63,861 bases of DNA, filler included, from Octopus bimaculoides (GCF_001194135.2; 4 parts of 4 records of this genome joined end to end with filler, not necessarily neighbours in it), one strand, 5' to 3'. Shown: positions 1-13,336, counted from the whole stretch's first letter. The notes: generated from the letters alone by a model not told the origin. Numbers and translations: made by a program.

Positions 1-811
1 CGACATTGGCAGCATCACAATGGAGATCAATAATCTCTGACGAGGGCCGGTACTGCATTTCCACCTCAGATGGTAGAGTGGGGGTGTGGCGTAGGAGGAG
101 TGAACGTTACAGAGACGCATGTTCCATAGAGAGAGACGCGTGGGGTGGCCAAAGCATCATGGTTTGGGGTGCTATAGGCCTGAGTCAGAGAACTGGGCCC
201 CATGTGTTCCAAAATGTTGGTGCGGGCAGGGGGGATAGCGTCACAGCGCAAAGTTACATTGACCAGATACTAAGACCTCACAGCGTGCCCTTCTTCGCGC
301 GTCACCATAGCCACGTGTTCCAGCAGGACAATGCTCCCTCCCACACGGCCAGTGTCACCATGGACTTCCTGCGCCAGCACAACATCAGAACCATGCCATG
401 TCCGGCTTCCAGCCCAGATTTGAACCCAATTGAACACCTATAGGATGAAATCCAGAGACAGGTGGTCCCAAGGCCGACAACACGTGTGGAACTGGAGGCA
501 GCTTTCCTCAAGGTGTAGGCACACGTGCCAATAGCTTTTGTGAACCGCCTCATGCACTCCTTGTACCGACAGTGTATGCCCGTTTTGAACACCCAAGGAG
601 AGCATACACGGTATTGAACATGTCACGCCCTACAATCTCGATGTGCTGGATCCGCCTACTTCCAGAACACAAGACAACGACCCATAGACTGTGGTAAAAG
701 TGAATCCAAGAAATTGACTTTATCAGATTTATCAAAATTTATCTCTGACATAATGAAATTAAAACATATTTCACAGTCACACACGTCTCGCGTTTCTCTT
801 GCGGTGCAGTG
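1..811 (+). mobile_element. Tc1-family (DD34E) DNA transposon, 3' part, with decayed transposase and probable right terminal repeat
   Basis: Frame 6-617 reads ISDEG...SIMVWGAIG...FQQDNAPSH...SPDLNPIEHL with 34 residues between the D of QDNA and the E of NPIE. Premature TAG at 441-443 and 516-518, natural-looking end HTRY-TGA at 615-617. Tc1-type terminus ...CAGTG|TA at 807-813. The left part lies outside the window. Confidence 0.9.
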
Positions 812-860
812 TATTATTTCTTCTCTTTTCTGGTTTTGTTGTGCCACATTTCTGTCTTCA

Positions 861-861
<1 letters not shown>

Positions 862-915
<54 letters not shown>
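862..915. repeat. (TATC)n microsatellite, representative of dozens of (TA)n, (CA)n, (GA)n, (TATG)n, (TATC)n and trinucleotide tracts across the window
   Basis: Read directly. Similar tracts at 1385-1452, 3438-3700, 6411-6480, 21679-21851, 22807-22881, 61256-61345, 63410-63491 and flanking almost every N gap. Confidence 0.95.
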
Positions 916-1177
916 ATTGTCGGCTGAGTCTGTCGTGAATATTGCCCCCCCCCACCTTCCTTTAACCGGGAAGGCAAGGCAGTTTTCATNNNNNNNNNNN
1001 NNNNNNNNNNNNNNNNNNNNNNNNNNNNNNNNNNNNNNNNNNNNNNNNNNNNNNNNNNNNNNNNNNNNNNNNNNNNNNNNNNNNNNNNNNNNNNNNNNNN
1101 NNNNNNNNNNNNNNNNNNNNNNNNNNNNNNNNNNNNNNNNNNNNNNNNNNNNNNNNNNNNAGAGAGAGAGAGAGAGG

Positions 1178-1215
<38 letters not shown>

Positions 1216-1382
1216 GAAAGAGAGAGAGAGAGATAGAGAGATAGAGAGAGAGAGATAGAGAGAGAGAGATAGAGAGAGCGAGAGAAAGAGAGAGAGAGAG
1301 CGCTTTGCTCTCATGTGTTTTTTCCCTGCCTGTGTTCTACATTGTATTGCCCCCTCTGTGTTCTGCCCTGCGTAGCTAATAA

Positions 1383-1453
<71 letters not shown>

Positions 1454-2404
1454 ACTTTCCTAACTTCATTTCTAGTGATAATATAATTTTTACTGTTCGA
1501 GAATTTAAATTTAAGTTTCGAAAATAGTTTNNNNNNNNNNNNNNNNNNNNNNNNNNNNNNNNNNNNNNNNNNNNNNNNNNNNNNNNNNNNNNNNNNNNNN
1601 NNNNNNNNNNNNNNNNNNNNNNNNNNNNNNNNNNNNNNNNNNNNNNNNNNNNNNNNNNNNNNNNNNNNNNNNNNNNNNNNNNNNNNNNNNNNNNNNNNNN
1701 NNNNNNNNNNNNNNNNNNNNNNNNNNNNNNNNNNNNNNNNNNNNNNNNNNNNNNNNNNNNNNNNNNNNNNNNNNNNNNNNNNNNNNNNNNNNNNNNNNNN
1801 NNNNNNNNNNNNNNNNNNNNNNNNNNNNNNNNNNNNNNNNNNNNNNNNNNNNNNNNNNNNNNNNNNNNNNNNNNNNNNNNNNNNNNNNNNNNNNNNNNNN
1901 NNNNNNNNNNNNNNNNNNNNNNNNNNNNNNNNNNNNNNNNNNNNNNNNNNNNNNNNNNNNNNNNNNNNNNNNNNCACACGTATAGTTTACTTTTCCGTTA
2001 AGGTAAGTCCAACAAAAAAGTACTCCATTCGGTGAGAGATAAATATTGTTTAATAAACACAGTATATAAATTTGAGCTACTAACAAATTCATACATTGGA
2101 GATGTTTTCTAGGCAGGTTTTGATAACACGCCTAGTATTTCCACGCAATCTCCGGGTTCTGAGCACATGGTCATTACAAGTTACAAATCAGGACTATAGA
2201 AGAAGAGAAATCACGAGTAAAAACGAGAAGGAGATTGATGCAAAGTGTGGAAGGGTGAAAGAAATGGACAAAGAAAAGAAAAAAAAGAGAATTAGAGTTA
2301 TGTCCACTTTGACCATAAAGCCATAAAGCTAGTTGGTGTAGAATCAAGGAAAGGGGTCTAAAGTCTTCAATACAGCTACTCAATTCGGAGAGGGTGGTGT
2401 TTTC

Positions 2405-3045
2405 CAATCTACCAAAAGAAAGTTGTCCATATGTTCGCATTTGCTGAAAATTTCTGATCTGGAATTCAGCAGTGCGGTGGAATTCTTCAACCTAAAAAAG
2501 GATATGCGATCTTTCGACTACGCATAACTTGCATTTTTTAGATACATTAACATATGACATAGATTTTACAACGATTTTCCAAGTGACTGAATTTAGCGTG
2601 GAGTTGGTTTTCAAATTCCACACGGGACTAGCCAACTTTGTAGCTTTACTTTTGTTCATGTGCCAGAAAGAAGATAGGTGATTAGCATAGCGTCCTTTAA
2701 AGTCGCCTTCGCATAACCCGATGTAATTTTCTTTTCGGCTAGGCTATCATGTAGCGTTGCTGTCACTTATGCCTCGTATACGACAGAGTTTATCATGCAT
2801 GTCTGGTCAAGCGAGCAAGCTCCAGGGTCTAGAGAGTTACAACTGGGAGTGGTCTCTTGGTGGTGTTTACAGGTACTGATGCTTTTCATATTGGGACAGC
2901 AGCTATATGATAATTTAATTAAGCGTCTGTTAAAGATCTTTCTGTATTTGTGATTTTATGGAAAATGCTCTTACCTACGATTTCCCAAGGCGTGGTTTAG
3001 AGTCTTGATAAAGTTTTTATTGCCCCAATATCTCGTCATTCCTCA
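2405..3045 (-). mobile_element. Penelope-like retroelement fragment (Neptune-type linker plus GIY-YIG endonuclease), decayed
   Basis: Minus-strand pieces IKLSYSCCPNMKSI, YIGLCEGDFKGRYANHLSSFWH, KCKLCVVERSHI and LLNSRSEIFSKCEHMDNFLL match the PLE C-terminal layout. Interrupted by stops and frameshifts. Confidence 0.8.
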
Positions 3046-3470
3046 TATTGATAATAATCATTTTCTCCATTCTTTCCTTCTCTTTCTCCTTTTCTTCCTA
3101 CTCTTTGACTATAAACCACACTCACTCTTTGCATATTTTGGGTCTTAGCTTGTAGTAAAACGCTCATTGGTTCTCTAAACTTCTTTAATTTAATGATTTT
3201 TATTTATTTATTTTATATATTTGCTACTTGACTTTTCTATTCAGTTAGACTCATCATTGTGCTGTGGCTGACTTAGGAATTCCGTGCAACAATGTACACT
3301 TCATTAAGGTAATCTCAGCCTGATAATTAGCTATGCTGACTAGAGTTCATTTCATGATACTTGCATAATGCGCTTCAGCTAGTTAAGAAACGTATGTAGA
3401 GTACATTTTTACCTGTTTCACTCTCTCAATTTGATATGCATGTATGTATGTATGTATGTATGTATGTATG

Positions 3471-3504
<34 letters not shown>

Positions 3505-4242
3505 CATGTATATTTACATATATATATATGTGTATATATATATAATACTTGCATATATATACATATATATATATATATATACATATATATACATATATAT
3601 ATACGTATATATGCATATATATACATACACATATATACGTATATATGCATATATATATATACATATATATGCATATATATACATATATATACATATATGT
3701 ATATTAGAAAAAATAAGGTACTCCGAGATCTGGATGGTTGTACATTTACAGATTTTTATTAATATGTCACATGTTTTTATAAATCATATATTGGCGCTTT
3801 CATCTACTCTAATAAATTCTTCAGATTAAAAATTTTTTTGAAGGGATTCGTCTCTTTATATAGTANNNNNNNNNNNNNNNNNNNNNNNNNNNNNNNNNNN
3901 NNNNNNNNNNNNNNNNNNNNNNNNNNNNNNNNNNNNNNNNNNNNNNNNNNNNNNNNNNNNNNNNNNNNNNNNNNNNNNNNNNNNNNNNNNNNNNNNNNNN
4001 NNNNNNNNNNNNNNNNNNNNNNNNNNNNNNNNNNNNNNNNNNNNNNNNNNNNNNNNNNNNNNNNNNNNNNNNNNNNNNNNNNNNNNNNNNNNNNNNNNNN
4101 NNNNNNNNNNNNNNNNNNNNNNNNNNNNNNNNNNNNNNNNNNNNNNNNNNNNNNNNNNNNNNNNNNNNNNNNNNNNNNNNNNNNNNNNNNNNNNNNNNNN
4201 NNNNNNNNNNNNNNNNNNNNNNNNNNNNNNNNNNNNNNNNNN

Positions 4243-4284
<42 letters not shown>

Positions 4285-4707
4285 CACCCACACACATATA
4301 TTCACAGATATATTCACTTATATGCTTACATATATTCATCTTAGTCAGATTGACGAAGGTGAACAAGCCGAAACTCGAAGGTACTATTACTCTTCTCTTT
4401 GTAAAAGTTTAATAAACGTGTACTCTCCTAAAAACTACTGAGTAATCATTCAGGTTGATGTTAAATTGTTTTAAAATTTCACTTCACATAAAAGCACACA
4501 CGCACACACACACACATGCGCGCGCACACACACACACAATCACACACGCATGTCTATAACTACAAAGGTGCAAAGCGATTTATATGACTAAGCTAAACCT
4601 AATCTACCTGTTAACTGACAGTGAAATAAAATGGCTTGGATGGCTAGGTGCGTTGCCCAACCGTAGAAAGCGGTGCAATATTTTCAAAAAGAGATTGCCT
4701 TTTTAAG

Positions 4708-4810
4708 ATAATGCATCAAGCAACCCAGTGAGTTTAAATGATTGTTCTGATGATATGACGGTAGAGAATACCCTCAAGATTACAACCTCTACCTCAGATA
4801 ACGAATCAAG
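4708..4810 (+). CDS. Candidate internal exon of an unidentified plus-strand gene (acidic Ser/Thr-rich peptide)
   Basis: tttttaag| ... |gtgtga boundaries. Open frame DNASSNPVSLNDCSDDMTVENTLKITTSTSDNES, exits in phase 2. No homology recognised. Confidence 0.25.
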
Positions 4811-5818
4811 GTGTGATACTCGACATCTTGTTATATTATTATCTGAAACTATATCATACTGAAACTTTGTCTCTAAGGTCAATATACACTCAGACAACCC
4901 AGTGTAAGGTCCTATTTACAAATGAACATTAAATAAATTAGAAGCTCTCTTAGGAATCTATCTGAATAATGTCTCAGTTTGCAACTGACTCCATGTACGT
5001 CGGCTTCTATTTATAACAAAAAGAAAACACGCACACACACATTGTTTGTTTAATGAATTGATCAAAGCAGGCCCCACCCTAAATGTATAATCGGTTGAAA
5101 CCTGACTTAAGTATAAAAAGATGCGGAATGCGGTGAAGAGTGAAGGTAATAGTAAGAAATCTTGATATCTTTTATCTTTTACTTGTTTCAGTTATTAAAA
5201 TGCGACCACTCTAAAGTCGACAACTGATGACGGGTATGTCTCGAAGTGTTTGTTGTATGTATATAAATATAAATTCATCAGATGTTTGTATGAAGGAAAA
5301 AAAAACTGCCCATGACTATAATTAAAATATAGCCATGTTTAAAACAATTCTATAAATCATTATAAACAAAATTCAATTAAGTTTTCACTATCATGGATCA
5401 TATTCTTTATTCTGCCATTGAATCTCTGCAACAACAGTCCAAAGTGTCTATTTTTCATATGTCGAATATATATTTTCATAATTTAAGTTAAATTTATATA
5501 TTCATCTTCGTTTCTTTGACTTGATCATACACCAGCAATTGATCCGGTCCAGAAGTGTCATATACAAATTCTACATGATTAGTTGGTGCTGTTCTTGTCT
5601 AATTCAAGGTCAGTGTGCCGATTGAGAAGACCTGTAATGAAAGATAGTTAAAACTCGATCAGTACTACATTGTCCAATATCTATCTACAGCTATGTATGC
5701 ATATGCGCGTACACACACACACNNNNNNNNNNNNNNNNNNNNNNNNNNNNNNNNNNNNNNNNNNNNNNNNNNNNNNNNNNNNNNNNNNNNNNNNNNNNNN
5801 NNNNNNNNNNNNNNNNNN

Positions 5819-6110
5819 TTGAGAAACAAGTCGTCAGAATTTTGGAAAAAAGTATCTTTTTATTTCTTCATTATTATAAGCACTTTCCTTTCTCGAGCTT
5901 GTCAAATAAAATTTTGTGAATGTACAAACAGCTTGTTCATTTATATAAAACAAATGTTTTTTGGGGGGCTGGGGGTTTGTCTAGAAGAGAACATTGTTTT
6001 TTTTGGGGGGGGTGTGTGACAATGGAGATGGATAGATAGAAATATAGGTTGGTAGATAGGCTTATACATAGATAGATCGATAGATAGATAGACAGACAGA
6101 TGGATTGAGT

Positions 6111-6148
<38 letters not shown>

Positions 6149-6409
6149 ATGTTTGGAAGGGGTGTACATTTAGTATTCTAAATATAGCTCAAAGAGGAGA
6201 AAAAGAAAGAAAGAGGGAAAGAAGGAAAAAGGGGAAGAGAGAAAGAAAGCAAAATGACTTTCAGTGATAACCAAACCGCATCTGTTTTTTTTTTTGAAGA
6301 GGTCACCATCCTGAAACCCATTCCAATACAATGGTAAAGGACTAAATAAATAAATAAATGAATGAAAGGTGAATAGGAAGGAATATACCCCTTCTCTCTT
6401 TCCTTCTAC

Positions 6410-6480
<71 letters not shown>

Positions 6481-6712
6481 CCTGCCTGCCTATATTTCTA
6501 TCTATCCATCTCCATTGTCATGGAACCTCACCGCAAAAAACAAAAACAGTTCTCTTCTAGACCCCCCCCCCACATTTGTTTTATATAAATGAACAAGCTG
6601 TTTGTTCATTCCCAACATTTTATTTGACAAGTTCGTGAAAGGAAAGAAAGCGCTAATAATAATGAAGAAATAAAAAGATTTTTTTTTTCCAAAATTTTGA
6701 CTTTCTTCTCAA
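5819..6712. repeat. Long imperfect inverted repeat (fold-back) with internal GATA/TATC microsatellites
   Basis: 5819-5970 pairs with 6561-6712, 5981-5992 with 6549-6560, and 6017-6048 with 6489-6520 (32/32). (GATA)n on the left arm is complementary to (TATC)n on the right arm. Confidence 0.9.
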
Positions 6713-7166
6713 TATTCAATTTCTGTACATCACACCAAAAATTTTCTCTCTCTCTACACACACATATGTATGTATATATATGGCGAGTATGTGGGTGAAC
6801 ATGTGCGTGTTTAAAGCGAGGGTAGTTTTAGTATGTAAATATAGGCGAATGTACGGATTGGTGCGCTTACACGAACCTATACACTTATCTACTCACTTAC
6901 CTTTACCTTACTTAGCGGTCTATTAGCCCTTTTGTCTTATTGACGGTCACCACACAGTAATTTATCTTTGTTTAACGCTCATTTTTCACAGGAATATTCA
7001 ATGGCCGGATTACTGAAGAGATGTTGGCGTGGGCTTCCACCCCGGCATCCGAAACTCGGAGTTTTATCATGGCTACTGAATAAGTGTCACATACTTTTAC
7101 AGATAAATTCCTCTATTTACATAATATCGAGGTCTCTTTCTTTCTTTCTTTTGTTGTCCTTCCTAT

Positions 7167-7197
<31 letters not shown>

Positions 7198-9332
7198 NNN
7201 NNNNNNNNNNNNNNNNNNNNNNNNNNNNNNNNNNNNNNNNNTTAATTAATTAANNNNNNNNNNNNNNNNNNNNNNNNNNNNNNNNNNNNNNNNNNNNATA
7301 TATATATATATATATATATAAGCATGCGTATGAATGTGTATGTATGTATCTCTGAATGGATGGATGGCCAAATGGATGACTGGACGGATAAACGGAGGGA
7401 TGTTTGGAAGTATGGGTGGATTTTGCTGGAATTACAAACAGACGCCGGACCTTACATTGAAGGGGTTCGTTGTATCACGCGCCTCTTCGACAATAAAACA
7501 TCGCCACTTCCGCAGTTTCGTTGCCCGTGCGATCACGCAAACGGTGTAGTAACGTCGAGCGCTGTCATCCTCTTCCGGTCATCCACATCGCTGGATCCTC
7601 CGCTCATATGCTAATAGCTGTAGAGATGATGTCACAATCTTTCCCTACTGGTCGATATCTTTATCATCGTGAGAAGACAAAAGTCGGATGTACAACATTT
7701 TGAAATAAAGATGGAAAACGGCGCAAAAGTTGTTCATACGCTTTAACCTGTTCCTTACCAGTATGTGTATGTGTATGTATACGTGCTTATATATTTCTGT
7801 TGGTATATAATTGCATATTTATTTATATGCATATGTTAATGCATCAGTATTTCTGTGTATAAGCTTGTAAATATGTATGCGTATGCATTCGCTTATATGC
7901 ATATAGACAGATTATGAATGTGTATTAGATAGGTGTATGTGTATGTATGTATATGAGCATATATATATATATACATATATATATATATNNNNNNNNNNNN
8001 NNNNNNNNNNNNNNNNNNNNNNNNNNNNNNNNNNNNNNNNNNNNNNNNNNNNNNNNNNNNNNNNNNNNNNNNNNNNNNNNNNNNNNNNNNNNNNNNNNNN
8101 NNNNNNNNNNNNNNNNNNNNNNNNNNNNNNNNNNNNNNNNNNNNNNNNNNNNNNNNNNNNNNNNNNNNNNNNNNNNNNNNNNNNNNNNNNNNNNNNNNNN
8201 NNNNNNNNNNNNNNNNNNNNNNNNNNNNNNNNNNNNNNNNNNNNNNNNNNNNNNNNNNNNNNNNNNNNNNNNNNNNNNNNNNNNNNNNNNNNNNNNNNNN
8301 NNNNNNNNNNNNNNNNNNNNNNNNNNNNNNNNNNNNNNNNNNNNNNNNNNNNNNNNNNNNNNNNNNNNNNNNNNNNNNNNNNNNNNNNNNNNNNNNNNNN
8401 NNNNNNNNNNNNNNNNNNNNNNNNNNNNNNNNNNNNNNNNNNNNNNNNNNNNNNNNNNNNNNNNNNNNNNNNNNNNNNNNNNNNNNNNNNNNNNNNNNNN
8501 NNNNNNNNNNNNNNNNNNNNNNNNNNNNNNNNNNNNNNNNNNNNNNNNNNNNNNNNNNNNNNNNNNNNNNNNNNNNNNNNNNNNNNNNNNNNNNNNNNNN
8601 NNNNNNNNNNNNNNNNNNNNNNNNNNNNNNNNNNNNNNNNNNNNNNNNNNNNNNNNNNNNNNNNNNNNNNNNNNNNNNNNNNNNNNNNNNNNNNNNNNNN
8701 NNNNNNNNNNNNNNNNNNNNNNNNNNNNNNNNNNNNNNNNNNNNNNNNNNNNNNNNNNNNNNNNNNNNNNNNNNNNNNNNNNNNNNNNNNNNNNNNNNNN
8801 NNNNNNNNNNNNNNNNNNNNNNNNNNNNNNNNNNNNNNNNNNNNNNNNNNNNNNNNNNNNNNNNNNNNNNNNNNNNNNNNNNNNNNNNNNNNNNNNNNNN
8901 NNNNNNNNNNNNNNNNNNNNNNNNNNNNNNNNNNNNNNNNNNNNNNNNNNNNNNNNNNNNGTATATACATGCACATATATATACATGCATGCATAGACAC
9001 ACAGACACAAATATATATATAAATGCACACATATATACATCCATGCATACACACACACACACACACACACATATATTTGTGTACATATATATGTATGATT
9101 ACGTGTGTGTATATTTACGCGCGTGTGTGTGCGCGCGCGTGCGTCCATACGTGTGTATGTATGTATACATATATGTATGTTGTATACATATATGTATGCA
9201 TGTGTGTATTACATATGTATACATATATCATTGTATCACTGTATCGACCAGACTATCGGATGTTGTTCCAAACCGCTGATCACAATGCACTTCCTCGCAT
9301 TGTAGTAACTTTCGATGTAATGCAACCCTAAC

Positions 9333-9533
9333 GATTTGGTGGCCAGTCCAACATTCCTCCTGGATGGAACGCCAGTCCCTCGCAGCATAGTTACCAGCTA
9401 ATAACAGCTGAGTGGACTGAGGCGGGGGTCAACTGAAGTGTTTCTTGCTCAAGGACACAACGCATCACCAGGCTGGGAATCGAAACTACAATCTTGTAAT
9501 CATGTGTGCAACATCCTAACCATTAAGCCAACC
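9333..9533 (-). mobile_element. tRNA-derived SINE, family C-like (head plus CORE-like TGTGTCCTTGAGCAAG domain)
   Basis: Minus strand GGTTGGCTTAATGGTTAGG...GTTTCGATTCCC (A/B boxes), then TTGTGTCCTTGAGCAAGAAACACTT shared with other copies in the window. Confidence 0.7.
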
Positions 9534-9750
9534 AAATTCTCACACACACACATACACACACATACACACACATATACACATGCACACGTCAACACACACA
9601 CAGAAGGTCACACACACGTTCACACACAGACACACGCACAGATACACATACACATATAAAGAGAGAGAGAGGGGTGAAGAGACGGAGAGAAAGAGGGTGA
9701 GACGGAGAATAAAAGGGCGAGAGAGAAAGAGGCATAGAGAGAGAAAGAAG

Positions 9751-9790
<40 letters not shown>

Positions 9791-10688
9791 GAGAGAGGGA
9801 GAGATTCATATATTGATGTAAGTACATGTGTGTGTGTGTGAGTGTGTATGTGTCTGTCTGCGCAATAAGTGTGTATATATTATATATATATAAGCGTACA
9901 GCTAAGTGTATATATATANNNNNNNNNNNNNNNNNNNNNNNNNNNNNNNNNNNNNNNNNNNNNNNNNNNNNNNNNNNNNNNNNNNNNNNNNNNNNNNNNN
10001 NNNNNNNNNNNNNNNNNNNNNNNNNNNNNNNNNNNNNNNNNNNNNNNNNNNNNNNNNNNNNNNNNNNNNNNNNNNNNNNNNNNNNNNNNNNNNNNNNNNN
10101 NNNNNNNNNNNNNNNNNNNNNNNNNNNNNNNNNNNNNNNNNNNNNNNNNNNNNNNNNNNNNNNNNNNNNNNNNNNNNNNNNNNNNNNNNNNNNNNNNNNN
10201 NNNNNNNNNNNNNNNNNNNNNNNNNNNNNNNNNNNNNNNNNNNNNNNNNNNNNNNNNNNNNNNNNNNNNNNNNNNNNNNNNNNNNNNNNNNNNNNNNNNN
10301 NNNNNNNNNNNNNNNNNNNNNNNNNNNNNNNNNNNNNNNNNNNNNNNNNNNNNNNNNNNNNNNNNNNNNNNNNNNNNNNNNNNNNNNNNNNNNNNNNNNN
10401 NNNNNNNNNNNNNNNNNNNNNNNNNNNNNNNNNNNNNNNNNNNNNNNNNNNNNNNNNNNNNNNNNNNNNNNNNNNNNNNNNNNNNNNNNNNNNNNNNNNN
10501 NNNNNNNNNNNNNNNNNNNNNNNNNNNNNNNNNNNNNNNNNNNNNNNNNNNNNNNNNNNNNNNNNNNNNNNNNNNNNNNNNNNNNNNNNNNNNNNNNNNN
10601 NNNNNNNNNNNNNNNNNNNNNNNNNNNNNNNNNNNNNNNNNNNNNNNNNNNNAAAGAAAAACACTAATACACATTCTCTGTTAAATAC

Positions 10689-10723
<35 letters not shown>

Positions 10724-10830
10724 CAGTTAAACAAAAATATTCATGCCTACATTCACATTTTATATATAAATACTTATCTTCTCATTTATATGATGCCAAA
10801 CACACATGCGCACACGCTCATACACACACT

Positions 10831-10872
<42 letters not shown>

Positions 10873-11496
10873 CGTGCGTGCGTGTGTGTATTCCTCTCTC
10901 TATGAAAAATTGAAAAATATATTTTAACTATAGCCAAATGACATGAGATGCCAACTATATGTCTGTTACAAGTTTGTTTTCTTTTTGGAAAATTTTGGTC
11001 TAATTCTATGAAGTAAAATCGTAATATCTATGTTGTTATATTCCTGGGTTATTGAAAGGAAATACTACAGTTTCAAGATTATCATCATTATCATCATCAT
11101 CATCATCATCTTCCTCATCCTTATTATTGTTGTTGTTGTTATTGTTGTTGTTGTTATTGTTGTTGTTGTTATTATTATTATTATACAGAGTCTGTATCGT
11201 TGTTGTAGTTCGTATTGTTGTTGTTGCTGCTGTTGTTGTTGTGTTCCGTTTTCTTAATACGATAACTTCAGTTTTCGTATTGAATCTAAATTGGAAATAT
11301 GAATACTTGATGCTTTAGGTTTTCTTTAAGTGTTAGCAGAATTGCTATAACAACATAATTCTACCGGTGAGAGATGGCTGAGCATCGATAAAATCGACAA
11401 AAAACAAGATGTGTTCTACTTAGATCTAAGTCTGAGATGCTTTAGAAATATTCTGAAAGTGAATTGGCGGAAGAACATATTATAACCAGTGGTGAA

Positions 11497-11650
11497 AAGT
11501 AAAGTTAAAGTTACCTTCTCGATACATACCGGCCCGCCGCAGGAATATTCATTTTTGCCAGTTGAGTGGACTGAAATGATGTGCTTTGCTCAAGAACACA
11601 AGGCGACGTCCGGTCAATGTATCGAATCCACAATCTTACGATTATAAGGA
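11497..11650 (-). mobile_element. SINE family C-like, degenerate copy
   Basis: gccagttgagtggactg...gctcaagaacacaa...atcgaatccacaatcttacgatt matches the family C reverse complement. Confidence 0.6.
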
Positions 11651-11659
11651 CATTCCTCT

Positions 11660-12490
11660 GTCCTCATTCCTGTCAGCCTTGTCCACCAAACAACCTCTTT
11701 TGCCACAGCCACCAGGCAAAGGAAAACTGCCTTGCCTGCTCGATTGAAGGAGGGCGGCGGTGCGATCATCACTACAGACTCGGCAGACAGACGGATCTGT
11801 CCCACACGTGAAAGCAGCTGTTCGACATAACCCCACATGTCAACAATGCCCAGACACGGAACGAAGGTGTGTAGAACGTTTTCGTCACTCTGCGTGCACC
11901 TCGGACAAGCCCGTCTGATCGGTAGCACTGTCAGGCCAAGGACATCTGGAAATTAAATCATCCATGATAGTTCCCGACCAGAAAGTCCACCGGAACAGAC
12001 TAACCAGTTCGTTCTCGTAGGTACCCAGAGTCTCCCCGAGAACGTCGTCGCACTTCCCTGCGACTAATCCTCTATAAATTTCTAAAGCGGAGCATCTACC
12101 GATGGTAGAGAGTTGTGAGTGTCTAACAACATTCTAGGTGCCAAGCGCCTAGACTCGGTCTTTTCTTCACCCAGGACTGGAACTCCGTCAAGGAGACGAG
12201 CTGTGGAAAGACGAGCCTCGCAAACAGAGCCCACACACGCTCACCGTCCAGAAATTGTTGCAAGTGGTGTAACCTAAGAGCATTAGGAGCCACGGAAAAT
12301 CTAATCCGGCACTCAGAGGATGCTTCCAATAGACTGACCGCTTGACCATTGGATCGCGTCCCTTCCACAAGAATTTAAACAAAAGACGCGCGAAACTGGT
12401 CAAGCAGTAACCGGGACAAATCACGAAGGTCAGGCGATAAATGATAAAGGAAACGATGTGAGCATTCGCCTCCTCTACCCAACCATTCTT
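11660..12490 (-). mobile_element. Tx1/L1-clade LINE ORF2 C-terminal fragment (post-RT region and zf-RVT cysteine motif)
   Basis: Minus-strand pieces ANAHIVSFIIYRLT...RLLFKFLWKG, ALRLHHLQQFLDGERVW and ACPRCTQSDENVLHTFVPC...AKEVVWWTRL. Frameshifted. Confidence 0.75.
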
Positions 12491-12654
12491 GGTAATACTG
12501 CAACCCCTAATTGTACCTATAACACGATCTCATGCGACTTAAATTTTCGTATGATCCTTACAGAAACCTGACTCATCAAGCACAGTTAACCGAATGGAGA
12601 TAATGCAGAAAGTCCAGGATGGCTACCAGAAACTGGGCTCTAATAAATATTGGT

Positions 12655-12770
12655 CGACCCAGGGGTTTACAAGATGACACTCACCGCAAGGTGCCTACGC
12701 TGTGGGCTGAACCCGAAACCACCGGGTGGCAAAGCAAGCTTCTTAACCACACAGCCATACCTGCGCCTAC
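12655..12770 (-). mobile_element. SINE family A, head fragment
   Basis: Reverse complement of the GGCGTGGCTGTGTGGTAAGAAGCTTGCTT...GGTTCAGTCCCAC...GCACCTTGGGCAAGTG consensus seen in other copies. Confidence 0.65.
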
Positions 12771-13336
12771 GCATACAGTTTATACATATTAGTGGATGAG
12801 TAATTGAAAGACCGAAGCAATAAACAAATTCATACTTTTTCCTACTCATTTTTTTTTGCCAACATAAAATATTTAATTTGTATTGTTTATCAAAATTTAT
12901 TTATTAAGTCTGTTTATATTGGTTGTTTATTATTTTATTAGTATTGTAGTTTTTANNNNNNNNNNNNNNNNNNNNNNNNNNNNNNNNNNNNNNNNNNNNN
13001 NNNNNNNNNNNNNNNNNNNNNNNNNNNNNNNNNNNNNNNNNNNNNNNNNNNNNNNNNNNNNNNNNNNNNNNNNNNNNNNNNNNNNNNNNNNNNNNNNNNN
13101 NNNNNNNNNNNNNNNNNNNNNNNNNNNNNNNNNNNNNNNNNNNNNNNNNNNNNNNNNNNNNNNNNNNNNNNNNNNNNNNNNNNNNNNNNNNNNNNNNNNN
13201 NNNNNNNNNNNNNNNNNNNNNNNNNNNNNNNNNNNNNNNNNNNNNNNNNNNNNNNNNNNNNNNNNNNNNNNNNNNNNNNNNNNNNNNNNNNNNNNNNNNN
13301 NNNNNNNNNNNATATATATATATATATATATATATA

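Noticed and set aside
4345-4390. Hammerhead-like TTGACGA...GAAAC (similar weak hits at ~3336-3395 and ~5224-5255)
   Set aside because: Core substitutions and no convincing stem I or stem II.
7242-7253. TTAATTAATTAA island between N runs (also 30077-30088 and 62030-62041)
   Set aside because: An identical 12-mer with stops in all six frames embedded in gaps is a scaffolding linker, not biology.
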